Positions 33,862 through 43,889 of a stretch of DNA of 64,000 nucleotides are shown one piece after another. The translations under genes and the position numbers were made by a program. Below the pieces are notes generated by a model. It did not search any database. It worked only from the letters and a program-made list of their open reading frames with translations, and was not told where the DNA came from. Numbering within the stretch: the first letter of the stretch is position 1; the number at the start of each line of letters is the position of its first letter. This DNA is from Corallococcus soli (GTDB taxonomy: Bacteria; Myxococcota; Myxococcia; Myxococcales; Myxococcaceae), in contig NZ_JAAIYO010000008.1 in assembly GCF_014930455.1 (NCBI RefSeq), positions 224,367 through 288,366 of the forward strand. Reading direction: 5' to 3'.

Positions 33862-36207
33862 TCAGTCGACCGGGCGGACCTGGACCTGCATGACGGTCCC
33901 GGCCTTGTTCTCGCTCAGGACCTCGATGATGGTGCCCGTCTTCGGGACCTTCACGCCGGCGTACGGCTGCGTGGCGGACCAGAACTCGTTCAGGTCGTTG
34001 AACACCGGCACCGCGGGCTGCGAGGGGTACTCGCTGCGCGGGAAGCCGTTGGGCTTGAGCGACAGCGGGAAGCTGGGCTGCAGGCCGAACGTCGCGTCGT
34101 GCGTCTGCACGCGGCCGGACCAGTAGCGGCCGTCGCTGCGCTGCAGGGGCTGCGGGCGCGAGTCGATGGGCAGGATGCGGCCCTCACCCGGGTGCACGGA
34201 CACGCGGTTGTCGGGCACGGACGTGTCCCAGTAGGTGATGAGCAGGCCGGGGTTGTACGAATAGCGCTCGGCGTAGTCGCCGAGGCCGTCCGCGCTGAAG
34301 CCGTAGTTGTACGGCCCCGTCTCCAGGCCCGCGTCATAGCCGCGGAACTGCCGCCACTCGGCGATGTAGTAGTTGTCGTAGAACGTCTGGTTGCCGTCGT
34401 TCAGGAAGAACGTGGCCTGATCCCAGTACTTGTCGCCGTTCTCCGCGTCGTCGCCGAAGACGTACTTGTTCTTCGCCCAGAGCTGGAAGCCGTCCACCAG
34501 GAAGCCGCGGCCGAACTCCGCGCCGTCCGTCTTGTAGCGGATCTTCAGCGTGACCTTCTTGCCCGCGTGGGCGGACAGGTCGAACGACAGCGGCACCCAG
34601 CCGTCGGACAGGCCGGTGATGCCGTTGCCCAGGTTGTTGCCCCACGGGTTCGTGGTGCGGCTGACGGGGCTGGGCAGGTTGACGAACGGGCCGTCCTCCA
34701 CCGCGAGCGCGACGTAGGCGTAGTCCCAGTCCTCCTCGATGTCGAACCACGTGGAGAACGTGAACGTGATGGGCGTCTTGTTCGGCAGCTTCACCGTCTT
34801 GACGAGCACGCGGTCCAGGTTGTTGGCCGCGCCGCCCTGCCAGGAGAACTGCCCTTCGATGGGGGGCGTCGTGACCTGCGGGCGGGGCTTCGTGGGCAGG
34901 TTCACCACCAGCGCCTGCTTCGCGTTCTTGGACGTCACGCCCGAGGGGCCCAGCTTGTGGTACGAGTACAGGCCGTGCGTCGTGGTGGCGTGGTCCAGCC
35001 AGCCCAGCTGCAGCTTGTCCCAGGCGAAGAAGTCACCCGGCCGGCTGCCGATGTCCGTGGTGCCGTCGTTCAGGTACGAGCCCGAGGACATGATGCTCCA
35101 GAAGCCCGTCCCGTTGTCCGCCGCGTTCGTCGTGTCGTAGTGGTCCGGCAGGCCCAGGTCGTGGCCGTACTCGTGCGCGAACACGCCCAGTCCGCCGTTC
35201 TCCGGCTGGATGGTGTAGTCGCCCACCCACTTGTCCACGTTCGGCGCGAAGCGGGTGCCGCCGTTCGGGTTGTACGCGGGGCCGGGGCCGTCCGCGCTCA
35301 GGCCCGTGCTGTAGGCGAACCAGCGGTGGCTCCAGATGGCGTTGGGGCCCTGCTCGCCGCCGCCCGTCTCCTCGCCCACGCCCGCGTGGACGATCTGGAA
35401 GTGGTCGATGTAGCCGTCCGGCTCGTCGAAGTTGCCGTCGCCGTCGTGGTCATACCGGTCCCACGTGTCGAACGTGTCCAGGTACGCCTTGATCTCCGCG
35501 GGCGTCTTGCCGGCGGCCACCTGGTCCTGCGTCCACACCTTGATGGCGTCGCTGATGAGCGGCCACACGGAGTTGGAGCAGCTGGAGGAGCCGCACAGGT
35601 TGTTGCCGTAGCGCGCGGAGTTGTACGGCACGCGCACCCACTCGGACACCGCGCCGTTGACGGTGTAGCGGCCCGACGACGCGGCCTTGTAGAAGTTCGC
35701 CACCGAGTCCGCGCCCGGCGTCGAGTCGAAGTAGAGCCGCTCGTAGTGCGCGCGGTCGTAGTCCGGCTGCCAGATGGTGGTGTTGTCCACCGTCCGGTCC
35801 GGCTGCGGAATCACGTTGTGCAGCGGCCCGGGCACGTCACCACCGGGGTTCGTGACGGGGTTGCCGAACACCGGGTGGATCTGCGTCCCGTACTCCACCA
35901 GGATGACGAAGATGCGGTCCGTGCGCTCCAGCTCCAGCTCCACGAACTTGCCGTTGCCCAGCTTGTGCACCCGGCCCGCCTGAGCGCTGCCTTCAATGCG
36001 CTCCTTCAGGGCCTGGGCCTTGAGCTCCTTCTGCTGCTCGCCCAACCGGTGCGGCAGGTCGTCGGAAACGTCCACGGCCTGCTTGCGCAGGGACGTGGAC
36101 GGCGGCGCGATGTCGGGTTGCGGCTTCTCGTACCACGCGCGCTCCGCGTACGCCGACGGGGCGATCGCGAGCAGGCTCCAGGCAAGCCATGACGGGGGTT
36201 TCCGCAT
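33862..36207 (-). CDS. Secreted M6-family metalloprotease (immune-inhibitor-A/InhA-like)
   Basis: Signal peptide MRKPPSWLAWSLLAIAPSAYAE, with the start at 36207. The zinc site is HEYGHDLGLPDHYD, an HExxH followed by a downstream D/H. It is a large, about 780-aa, multi-domain exoprotease. Confidence 0.85.
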   Translation of the reverse strand: MRKPPSWLAWSLLAIAPSAYAERAWYEKPQPDIAPPSTSLRKQAVDVSDDLPHRLGEQQKELKAQALKERIEGSAQAGRVHKLGNGKFVELELERTDRIFVILVEYGTQIHPVFGNPVTNPGGDVPGPLHNVIPQPDRTVDNTTIWQPDYDRAHYERLYFDSTPGADSVANFYKAASSGRYTVNGAVSEWVRVPYNSARYGNNLCGSSSCSNSVWPLISDAIKVWTQDQVAAGKTPAEIKAYLDTFDTWDRYDHDGDGNFDEPDGYIDHFQIVHAGVGEETGGGEQGPNAIWSHRWFAYSTGLSADGPGPAYNPNGGTRFAPNVDKWVGDYTIQPENGGLGVFAHEYGHDLGLPDHYDTTNAADNGTGFWSIMSSGSYLNDGTTDIGSRPGDFFAWDKLQLGWLDHATTTHGLYSYHKLGPSGVTSKNAKQALVVNLPTKPRPQVTTPPIEGQFSWQGGAANNLDRVLVKTVKLPNKTPITFTFSTWFDIEEDWDYAYVALAVEDGPFVNLPSPVSRTTNPWGNNLGNGITGLSDGWVPLSFDLSAHAGKKVTLKIRYKTDGAEFGRGFLVDGFQLWAKNKYVFGDDAENGDKYWDQATFFLNDGNQTFYDNYYIAEWRQFRGYDAGLETGPYNYGFSADGLGDYAERYSYNPGLLITYWDTSVPDNRVSVHPGEGRILPIDSRPQPLQRSDGRYWSGRVQTHDATFGLQPSFPLSLKPNGFPRSEYPSQPAVPVFNDLNEFWSATQPYAGVKVPKTGTIIEVLSENKAGTVMQVQVRPVD

Positions 36208-36400
36208 TGCCACTCCAGTTTGGAAGGATCCCAGTGAGGTCCGGGATGACCGAGGTTTTAGTGGAAGCAATGGGATGATGGGAAGACCGGGAGGTTAAAA
36301 AATTCCCACAAGGACGGAGCGGGTCTCCGTCTTCCGGCGGGCAGAAAGCGAAGAATGGGTAGGTGGCGCTCCGCGTCGAGGGACTACGTTTCGGGTCGCT

Positions 36401-39070
36401 ATGGCGCGTACACGTCCCGTGGATCCCCCGCTGCGGCGGGATGTCCGGCTCTTGGGCCGGCTCTTGGGAGAAGTCCTGGTCGAACAGGAGGGGCAGGCCC
36501 TGTTCGACAAGGAAGAAGAGGTGCGCCACCTGGCCATCCAGCGGCGGCGTGGGCCGGTGGCGGGCCGGCGCGCGGCGGCGGCGGAGCTGGCGGCCGTGCT
36601 GCGGCGGCTGCCGTCGGAGCAGGTGGAGCCGGTGCTGCGCGCCTTCTCCGTGTACTTCCAGCTGGTGAACCTGGCGGAGCAGCACCACCGGCTGCGCCGC
36701 GCGCGGGCCCACGCGAGCCCCACCTCCACCCGGCCCCAGCGGGGGTCGCTGGAGGCGTCATTGCTGACGCTGAAGGCCGCGGGCGTGAGCGCGGAGAAGG
36801 TGCGCGAGACGCTGGGAACGCTGAAGGTGACGCTGACGTTCACCGCGCACCCGACCCAGGCGGTGCGCAGGACGCTGCTGGAGAAGCTGTACCGGCTGGC
36901 GCGGCTGTTGGAAGAGCGGGACCGCGTGGCGCTGACCCCGCGCGAGTCCGCCGCCAACCTGCTGTCCATGCGCGAGGAGATCACCGCGCTCTGGCAGACG
37001 GACGAGCTGCGCCGCGAGCGCCCCACCGTGGGCGACGAGGTGAAGAACGTCCACTGGTACGTGGAGGAGATGCTGTCGGAGCCGGTGGCCCGGCTGCCGG
37101 AGGCGCTGGACTGGGCCTTCGAGCGCGCCTACGGCGAGCCGCTGGGCGCGCTGGACACCCCCGTGCGCATCCACTCGTGGGTGGGCGGGGACATGGACGG
37201 CAACCCGCTGGTGACGCCGGAGGTGTTCGCGGACACGCTGCGCGCGCACCGCGCCCGGGGCCTGCGGCTGTTCCTGCGCGACGTGGAGCGCCTGGGCGGG
37301 ATGCTGTCCCAGTCGGAGCGGCACGCGCGGCCCACGCAGGAGTTGGAGCGGTCGCTGGAGGAGGACGCGAAGGCGCTGCCGGAGGTGGCGAAGCAGCAGG
37401 GCCCCCGCACGTCGGGTGAGCCGTGGCGCCGCAAGCTGCGCTTCATGGAGGAGCGCCTGTCGCTGGCGCTCGAGCACGTCATGGCCCGGCGCGAGGGCCG
37501 GCCCTCCCAGCTCGCGCCCCAGGCGTACCGTTCCCCGGAGGCGCTGGGGGACGACCTGGCGGTGCTGGAGCGGTCGCTCTTCGCGGCCCGCGCCGAACAG
37601 GGGGGCCTGCGCGAGGTGCGCCGCATGTCCGAGCGCGTGCGCGCGCTGGGCCTGGGCCTGGGCGAGCTGGAGGTGCGCGCGCCGGCCGAGGACGCGGTGA
37701 GCGCGGCGGCCTCCTTCAACGGCGGGCCCGCGCCCACGGAGGGTGGCGCCCGGCTGATGGCGGTGCTGGAGAAGCTGCGCGAAGGCCAGGACGAGGGCGG
37801 CGAGTCCGTCTGCCGCACGCTCATCCTCTCCATGGCCTCCACCGCGGACGACGTGCTGGCGGCGTTCCAGTGCCTGAAGCACGCGGGCCTCTGGGACGAG
37901 GAGCGCCAGTGCGCCACCGTGGACGTGGCGCCCCTGTTCGAACAGCTGGGCGCGCTGGACGCGGGGCCCCAGGTGCTGCGCACGCTGTTCGCGCACGCGG
38001 AGTACCGCCAGCACCTGAAGGGCCGGGGCGTGCAGGAGGTGATGGTGGGCTACAGCGACTCCGGCAAGGAGGTGGGCCTGCTGGCCGCGAGCGCCGCGCT
38101 GTACCGCGCGCAGGTGGCGCTCACCCACGTGGCGGACGAGCACGAGGTGCCCCTGCGCCTGTTCCACGGCCGGGGTGAGACGGTGGCGCGCGGCGGCGGT
38201 CCCGCCCAGACGGCCATCCTCGCGCTGCCGCCGGGCACGGTGGCCGGGGCCTACAAGGCCACCGAACAGGGCGAGGCGATGGACCACAAGTACGCCCGTC
38301 CGGAGCTGGCGCAGCGCACGCTGGAGCTGGTGGTGGGCGGCGTGCTGCTGCACACGCTGGATGCGCAGCCGCGCCCGTCCCCCGAGGACGAGACGGCCTT
38401 CCGCGCCGCGTTCGACCAGCTGGCGGAGGAGGGCCGCAAGGAATACCGCGCGCTCGTGTGGGACGACCCGCGCTTCGTGGAGTTCTTCATGACGGGCACG
38501 CCGGTGGAGGAGATCTCCGCGCTGCCCATCGGTTCGCGCCCCAGCAAGCGCAAGGCGGGCGGGCTGGACACGCTGCGCGCCATTCCGTGGAGCTTCGCCT
38601 GGACGCAGACACGCGCCATCGTCCCGGCCTGGTACGGCGTGGGCTCCGCGCTGGAGACGTACGCGGCCACGCCCGAGGGCGCGGCGCTCCTGCAGCGCAT
38701 GTACAAGGAGTGGCCCTTCTTCCACGCGGTCATCGACAACGTGACCATGGTGCTGGCGAAGACGGACATGGCCATCGCGGCGCGGTACGCGAAGCTGGCC
38801 CCCGCGTCCACGCGGCCCCTGTGGCTGCGCATCCAGCAGGAGCACGCCCGCACGCGCCGCGCGGTGAAGACGCTGACGGGGGAGGGGAAGCTGCTGGACA
38901 ACAACCCGCAGCTGCAGCGGAGCATCGCGCTGCGCAACCCCTACGTGGACCCCATGTCCTTCCTCCAGGTGGAGCTGCTCAAGCGCAAGCGGGAGGGGGA
39001 CTCGGCGTGTGACAGGCCGCTGCTGCTGGCCCTCAACGGCATCGCGGCGGGGATGCGGAACACCGGTTAG
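36401..39070 (+). CDS. ppc: Phosphoenolpyruvate carboxylase
   Basis: Characteristic PEPC motifs: VLTAHPTQ-like (TFTAHPTQAVRRT), GYSDSGKEVG and the C-terminal ...NGIAAGMRNTG. Confidence 0.9.
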   Translation: MARTRPVDPPLRRDVRLLGRLLGEVLVEQEGQALFDKEEEVRHLAIQRRRGPVAGRRAAAAELAAVLRRLPSEQVEPVLRAFSVYFQLVNLAEQHHRLRRARAHASPTSTRPQRGSLEASLLTLKAAGVSAEKVRETLGTLKVTLTFTAHPTQAVRRTLLEKLYRLARLLEERDRVALTPRESAANLLSMREEITALWQTDELRRERPTVGDEVKNVHWYVEEMLSEPVARLPEALDWAFERAYGEPLGALDTPVRIHSWVGGDMDGNPLVTPEVFADTLRAHRARGLRLFLRDVERLGGMLSQSERHARPTQELERSLEEDAKALPEVAKQQGPRTSGEPWRRKLRFMEERLSLALEHVMARREGRPSQLAPQAYRSPEALGDDLAVLERSLFAARAEQGGLREVRRMSERVRALGLGLGELEVRAPAEDAVSAAASFNGGPAPTEGGARLMAVLEKLREGQDEGGESVCRTLILSMASTADDVLAAFQCLKHAGLWDEERQCATVDVAPLFEQLGALDAGPQVLRTLFAHAEYRQHLKGRGVQEVMVGYSDSGKEVGLLAASAALYRAQVALTHVADEHEVPLRLFHGRGETVARGGGPAQTAILALPPGTVAGAYKATEQGEAMDHKYARPELAQRTLELVVGGVLLHTLDAQPRPSPEDETAFRAAFDQLAEEGRKEYRALVWDDPRFVEFFMTGTPVEEISALPIGSRPSKRKAGGLDTLRAIPWSFAWTQTRAIVPAWYGVGSALETYAATPEGAALLQRMYKEWPFFHAVIDNVTMVLAKTDMAIAARYAKLAPASTRPLWLRIQQEHARTRRAVKTLTGEGKLLDNNPQLQRSIALRNPYVDPMSFLQVELLKRKREGDSACDRPLLLALNGIAAGMRNTG

Positions 39071-39107
39071 AGAAGAGCCCTACTCAAGCCAGTCAGGAGC
39101 GCGTGGG

Positions 39108-39830
39108 ATGGCCCAGGAGACGTTCACCGTGGAGGAGATCAACCCGAAGCACGGCTTCGCGCGCCTGCGCCCGGAGGCCGGGGAGGGGCTGCTCCACACC
39201 GCCCTCTATCCGGATCCGGAGTTCACGAACGCGCCGCCCTTCCAGCTGCGCCAGGGGGACCGGGTGACGGGCCAGCGCCGGGGGCAGACGGTGTCGGAGG
39301 TGTCCTGGGTGACGCGCGTGGAGCCGCCCTGGGAGGAGGTGGAGCGCGTGGCGGAGCTGCTCGCGCTGCTGGAGCGCTGGGAGATCCGCGTCCCCTTCGA
39401 GGCCCGGCTCCTCGCCGAGCACGCCTGGCGCGACAGCCGGGAGAACCCCCTGCGCGACGAGCTCCAGGCGCAGCTGCCCACCTTCTTCGACCTCGAGGGC
39501 GCCCACCCCTTCGAGGACCCGTCCCTGCTGGAGCGCCTGTCGGCCGCCATGCAGCCGTACCTGCCGGGCTTCTCCGTGCAGCCGGTGCAGGGGCAGCCCG
39601 CAGTGCGCGTGGAGCCCGGCGCCGTGGAGGTCACCGCGGGCGTGGGGAGCTGGGACATCCCGCAGCCCACCTTCGCCCCGATGATCGCGGAGGTGAACGC
39701 CCGGCTCGCCGCCGTCCAGGCCCCGGTGCGCTGGGTGCCCACCCGCGAGGACTGGATGCTCGCGCCCCCCGCGCTGGCCGCGCTCCTCCAGAAGCACGGC
39801 CTGCTCGAAGGCACCGCCATCCCCGCGTAG
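39108..39830 (+). CDS. Hypothetical protein
   Basis: Start MAQETFTVEE at 39108. 240 aa with no motif recognised. Confidence 0.55.
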   Translation: MAQETFTVEEINPKHGFARLRPEAGEGLLHTALYPDPEFTNAPPFQLRQGDRVTGQRRGQTVSEVSWVTRVEPPWEEVERVAELLALLERWEIRVPFEARLLAEHAWRDSRENPLRDELQAQLPTFFDLEGAHPFEDPSLLERLSAAMQPYLPGFSVQPVQGQPAVRVEPGAVEVTAGVGSWDIPQPTFAPMIAEVNARLAAVQAPVRWVPTREDWMLAPPALAALLQKHGLLEGTAIPA

Positions 39831-39837
39831 GGGCAGG

Positions 39838-39856
39838 GGACCGCGCCTAGCGGTCC
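39838..39856. terminator. Hairpin GGACCGC-gccta-GCGGTCC followed by GTCTTCTC, between convergent genes
   Basis: A perfect 7-bp stem read from the sequence. It lies between the stop at 39830 (+) and the stop at 39847 (-). Confidence 0.45.
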
Positions 39857-40212
39857 GTCTTCTCGGGGAGCTCGGTGCCGTAGCTGCCGCTGCGCACGTC
39901 CACCAGCCGGCCGTCGCGGAAGATGGCGACCTGCATGAGCCGGTGGGGGCCGAAGTTGTAGGTCCACTCCTCGACGGTGGAGGTGGTCCCCACCTCCACG
40001 GTGCGCTCCTCGGTGGGGCTCCGCTGCCTGTACCGGTCGCTGACGTACTCCGTGCGGGTGCGCTTCGACATGGGCTCGCCGCACTTGATCAGCGCGTCGT
40101 CGGTGGAGGCCCCCTCGGACACGAGCTTGTTTTCGCAGCGCAGGGACGACGCATGGACGAGCGAGGGCAGGGCGAGGCAGGCGACGACGAGGCTTGCGGA
40201 CAGGGCACGCAT
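39847..40212 (-). CDS. Small secreted protein (DUF2845-like)
   Basis: Signal peptide MRALSASLVVACLALPSLVHASS. Two Cys residues (CENK...KCGEP) and a WTYNFG...FRDGRLV C-terminus. Confidence 0.55.
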   Translation of the reverse strand: MRALSASLVVACLALPSLVHASSLRCENKLVSEGASTDDALIKCGEPMSKRTRTEYVSDRYRQRSPTEERTVEVGTTSTVEEWTYNFGPHRLMQVAIFRDGRLVDVRSGSYGTELPEKTDR

Positions 40213-40321
40213 GGAGGCTCCGGGAGGGACGCGGTACGGGGGATTGCGTTCGGACGCGCGGACCCCGAACCTATTCAAACCCGCCCCGTCGTTTCCAGCC
40301 GCGGCGCGCCGCCCCGCGGTA

Positions 40322-41584
40322 CTACAGGCTGCCCTTCGCCTTGAGCACGCGCACCACCTCGGCGGCCATCACCCGGTGGCCCTCCTCGGACGGGTGGATT
40401 CCGTCCACCTCCAGGCCGTCCAGGAACAGGTGCACGTTGCCCGGCTGGCGCGTCACCGCCTCCAGGTCGATGACCTCCGCGCGCGTCTGGGCGCGGAGCC
40501 ACGCGTTGAACTCCAGGCGCTGCGACTTCACCGCTTCGTAGCTGCCGTAGTTCGTCTTCTCCTTGGGCAGCAGCGTGCTCACCCACAGGCGGCACCGGGG
40601 CTGGAGCTGATCGAACAGCTGCGTCATCCGCTGCTCCAGCTTCGCCTGCGTCATGCCCTCCGAGGCCAGGTCGTTGGTGCCCAGCAGCACGATGCAGTCG
40701 GTGAAGCCCTGCATCGCGAGCACCTCCTGCGGCAACTGGAGGTTGGCGTCCCAGAAGCCCTGGCCGGACGCCCCGGAGTTCACCACCGGCACCCCGAGCG
40801 CTTGCTCCACCAGGGCCGGCCACGCGTTGCGCGTGTCGTTCTTCGTGTCCATGTAGCCTTCGGTGATGCTGTCGCCGATGGCCACGAACGCCCGGCCCGG
40901 CGCGCCCTCCACGTCCACCGTCGCCACGGCCTGCGCGAACTCCCACGGCTGTCCGCCCAGCGCTCCCTGCGTCGTCGCGTACGCACCGGAGCGCGCGAAG
41001 CTGCCCGGGAACGCCTCGATGCGGCTCTGGGCCAGCTCGCCCCGGACCTCGAAGGAGATCGCCACCTCGTCCCGGAACCCCACCGGGAACGCCACTGGAT
41101 CCGACGTCACCAATGAGCGCGTGCTCGCGGTGAAGCCCGGCTGGCCACTGAAGGTGAGGGCCACCGGCGCGGAGGCCAGCGCTCCGTTTTCGCCTGCCTT
41201 CGCCACGGTGGCCCGCTGCAGCGTCATGCTGCCGTTGCCCGAGCGGAAGGTGATGCGCACCCGGCTGCCCGCGCGCCCCACGGGGACGCGCAGGCGGTAG
41301 GTGGTGAGGCTCCCCACGGAGTTGTTTTCACGCAGCGCCTGGTGGAAGCCCGGCTGGAACGCGATGGCCGGAGGCGCCACGGGCGGGGTGCCCTGCACCT
41401 TGCGGTCGTCATGCAGCGTCAACGTGGGGGCCGCCTCCACGGCTGGCGCCGGCGCGGTGACCTCCGCGTCGGTGCTGCCGGATGCGCCGGTCGGCTCCAG
41501 CCCCGGCTCCTCCACGCCGCCACAGCCCATCATCAGGCCCAGGGCACCTACCCAGCCAAAGCGCAGCGCCTTCGTCAGACCCAT
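40322..41584 (-). CDS. SGNH/GDSL-family hydrolase lipoprotein
   Basis: Lipobox LMMGC. The block I residues AIGDSITEGY (GDS), the block III GTND and a C-terminal DGIHPS (the DxxH catalytic pair) are present. Confidence 0.75.
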   Translation of the reverse strand: MGLTKALRFGWVGALGLMMGCGGVEEPGLEPTGASGSTDAEVTAPAPAVEAAPTLTLHDDRKVQGTPPVAPPAIAFQPGFHQALRENNSVGSLTTYRLRVPVGRAGSRVRITFRSGNGSMTLQRATVAKAGENGALASAPVALTFSGQPGFTASTRSLVTSDPVAFPVGFRDEVAISFEVRGELAQSRIEAFPGSFARSGAYATTQGALGGQPWEFAQAVATVDVEGAPGRAFVAIGDSITEGYMDTKNDTRNAWPALVEQALGVPVVNSGASGQGFWDANLQLPQEVLAMQGFTDCIVLLGTNDLASEGMTQAKLEQRMTQLFDQLQPRCRLWVSTLLPKEKTNYGSYEAVKSQRLEFNAWLRAQTRAEVIDLEAVTRQPGNVHLFLDGLEVDGIHPSEEGHRVMAAEVVRVLKAKGSL

Positions 41585-41819
41585 GCCCACAACCCTCCCG
41601 GCGCAAGACAATGTGCACGACCTCGCTTCCTGGCGACCGGAGGATTCACGGAACGCGCCAATCCGCCGGGAGCCCCGAGCGGCCCGCGCTGGGAAACGGC
41701 CCGGGACGACTTCCACCGCAAGGGGGGAAGGCCGGGCAACCCGGACGGGGAGGCTCCCCAGGAGGGCCGGGAACCTGCCCCCCCTGGGAAAACCCTTCAC
41801 CCTCCACCTTCGGCCCTTC

Positions 41820-42710
41820 TCAGGGCACGCAGGCGCCGACGTCGCCGTTGTTGGCGATGGCCCGGCAGGTGCCGTTCGGGCAGGCGGGCGAACCCGAAGG
41901 CAGGCGGCACAGCGTCCGGCACGTGCCCACGCCGTCGGACACCGCGCAAGTGCTGCCCGGTGAACACTGGTTGCTGAACTCGCACGGGCTGCCCGGCGTC
42001 AGGGTGCCGCTGCCCGCGCACACCGGGCCGTTGGTCGCGGGATAGCAGCCCAGCGGACCCTGGCAGTCCTGGGCGAACGCATCACACCCCGCGGACGGCG
42101 GGCCGCACACCAGCGGCAGCTCGTCCGTGCCGGGCAGGCGCAGCACGGTGTTGCAGTCCCCGGAGGCGCAGTCGGAGGTCGCGTGGCACAGCTTGCGGCA
42201 GAAGAAGCCGGTGCCGCCGTCAGCGAGCACGTCGTTCTTGCAGAACAGGCCCGCCGCGCACGAGTCGTAGCGCTGCCCCGCGGGCGCGTCCGCCGCCAGC
42301 GTGCACGCCGCGCCCTCCGTGGCGGTGCCCGCGCTGACGCACTGGCGCTGCGTGTCCCCGCCCTCCAGCGTCACGTACGTGCACCGCTGTCCGGCCGGGC
42401 AGCCCTCCTGGCGCACCGGATCACACGCGCCCGGGAAGCACCGGCTGCCCGTGCCGCCATCCGCCAGGTCCGTGTACAGACAGTCCTCTGCCGCCGCGCA
42501 CCCATCCTGCTTCACCACGTTGCAGGTGAAGTCCGAACGGCCCGTGCCGCCATCCCCCGGGTCCACGGTCCCGGAATCTCCGGCGTCGACCCCGGAATCC
42601 ACGGTAGTCCCCGCATCCGCCGGGGGGCGGATCGTCTCTCCATCGTCGCAGCCCGCCGCCCACAGCCCCAGCAACAGGGCACCACCCAACAACACGAGAC
42701 GTGAAGACAT
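41820..42710 (-). CDS. Cys-rich repeat lipoprotein
   Basis: Lipobox WAAGC. More than 30 cysteines fall in repeated C-x-G-x-C / CxxxxC spacing, with a Gly/Asp/Thr-rich N-terminal linker. It lies upstream of the SGNH hydrolase and the DUF2845-like gene on the same strand. Confidence 0.65.
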   Translation of the reverse strand: MSSRLVLLGGALLLGLWAAGCDDGETIRPPADAGTTVDSGVDAGDSGTVDPGDGGTGRSDFTCNVVKQDGCAAAEDCLYTDLADGGTGSRCFPGACDPVRQEGCPAGQRCTYVTLEGGDTQRQCVSAGTATEGAACTLAADAPAGQRYDSCAAGLFCKNDVLADGGTGFFCRKLCHATSDCASGDCNTVLRLPGTDELPLVCGPPSAGCDAFAQDCQGPLGCYPATNGPVCAGSGTLTPGSPCEFSNQCSPGSTCAVSDGVGTCRTLCRLPSGSPACPNGTCRAIANNGDVGACVP

Positions 42711-42774
42711 CCGGAAACTCCTGGCGTGGAAGTAGTCTGGGACTTACACGAGCCGTTCCACCTCACGGGGCCCC

Positions 42775-43194
42775 TTGAACCGGGCCTGGAAACCAGCCGA
42801 CACTTCCCGTTTCAGGACCGAGGGGGTCAGGGTGCGCATGAACACGAAGTTGGATGGGCCAGTGGAGCCAGACCCGTACTTGAACCGCCGCGCCGAGGAG
42901 CGCGTGGCGGCCCGGTTCGAGGTGCGTTTCGAGCAGGCGGAGGACGCGGCGCGCGCGCTGCGGGCGTACTCGCTCAATCTGTCCGCCGGTGGACTGTGCC
43001 TGCGCACGCGCAAGGCCTACGACGTGGGGTCGCAGGTGCGGCTGGCCATGGTGGTGGATGGCGAGGAGTTCCACCTCACCGGCGTCATCGCCTGGGTGCG
43101 CGACGAGGCGGAGGCCATCGGCGTGCGCTTCATCGACGTGAGCGAAGAGGACCACGAGCGCCTGCGCCGGGTCATCGCCAGCTTCAAGCGCTGA
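42775..43194 (+). CDS. PilZ-domain (c-di-GMP-binding) protein
   Basis: RxxxR (RRAEERVAAR) and the D/NxSxGG motif (NLSAGGLCL) sit at the expected spacing. An alternative start is M at 42838. Confidence 0.6.
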   Translation: MNRAWKPADTSRFRTEGVRVRMNTKLDGPVEPDPYLNRRAEERVAARFEVRFEQAEDAARALRAYSLNLSAGGLCLRTRKAYDVGSQVRLAMVVDGEEFHLTGVIAWVRDEAEAIGVRFIDVSEEDHERLRRVIASFKR

Positions 43195-43290
43195 GGGCCC
43201 TGCTCGCGGCCCCCCACCGCTCCGGGAGCCCGGGGCGCCCGCGAATCGGGCGGCCCGCTCCGTGAGCAAGGGCAGGGCGCGAGGCCGTGA

Positions 43291-43782
43291 CTAGCGCTGC
43301 GTCTCGCTCTCGGCGTGACGGAACACGCCGGAGTCGCCCTCGACGTAGCCGCACGCCTTGTAGAAGGCGCGCGTCTCGTCGGTGACGTTGAGCGGGGCGA
43401 TGAGCTGGAGCTGCTTGACGCTCAGCACCTTGCCCCGCTGCGCCACCTGCGCGAGCAGCGCGCGGCCCACGCCCCGGCGTCGCCAGCCCTCGGACACGAC
43501 GAGCTCGTCCACGGTGGCCACGCGCCCGCGCAGCCGCAGCTGTGGACGGTGGGAGAAGGACACCATGCCCACCGCGCGGTCCTGCGGGTCGCCGGCCACG
43601 AAGATTTCAATCTCCGGATGGCTGATGACCCAGTGCACGGTCTGCTGGTCGGTGCCCTGCGGGTAGCCCAGCTCGCGCAGGAGCAGCGCCATGACCTCGG
43701 CGTCGCCTCGACGCGCGCGGCGGATGCGGAAGGCGTTGGCGTCGGGGGCGGGGGTCATGGTGCGGACGATGGGCTGGGACAA
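43291..43782 (-). CDS. GNAT-family N-acetyltransferase
   Basis: Acetyl-CoA-binding motif RRRGVGRALL. Confidence 0.75.
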   Translation of the reverse strand: MSQPIVRTMTPAPDANAFRIRRARRGDAEVMALLLRELGYPQGTDQQTVHWVISHPEIEIFVAGDPQDRAVGMVSFSHRPQLRLRGRVATVDELVVSEGWRRRGVGRALLAQVAQRGKVLSVKQLQLIAPLNVTDETRAFYKACGYVEGDSGVFRHAESETQR

Positions 43783-43889
43783 GGCATCCGTGATTCTAAC
43801 GACAGGGCCGTCGGACCTCCAAAGAGGAACGACGGCCCTTTGACGACTTCACGTACGAAAGCAGGGACGCCCGGTGTGGGCAGGCCCGC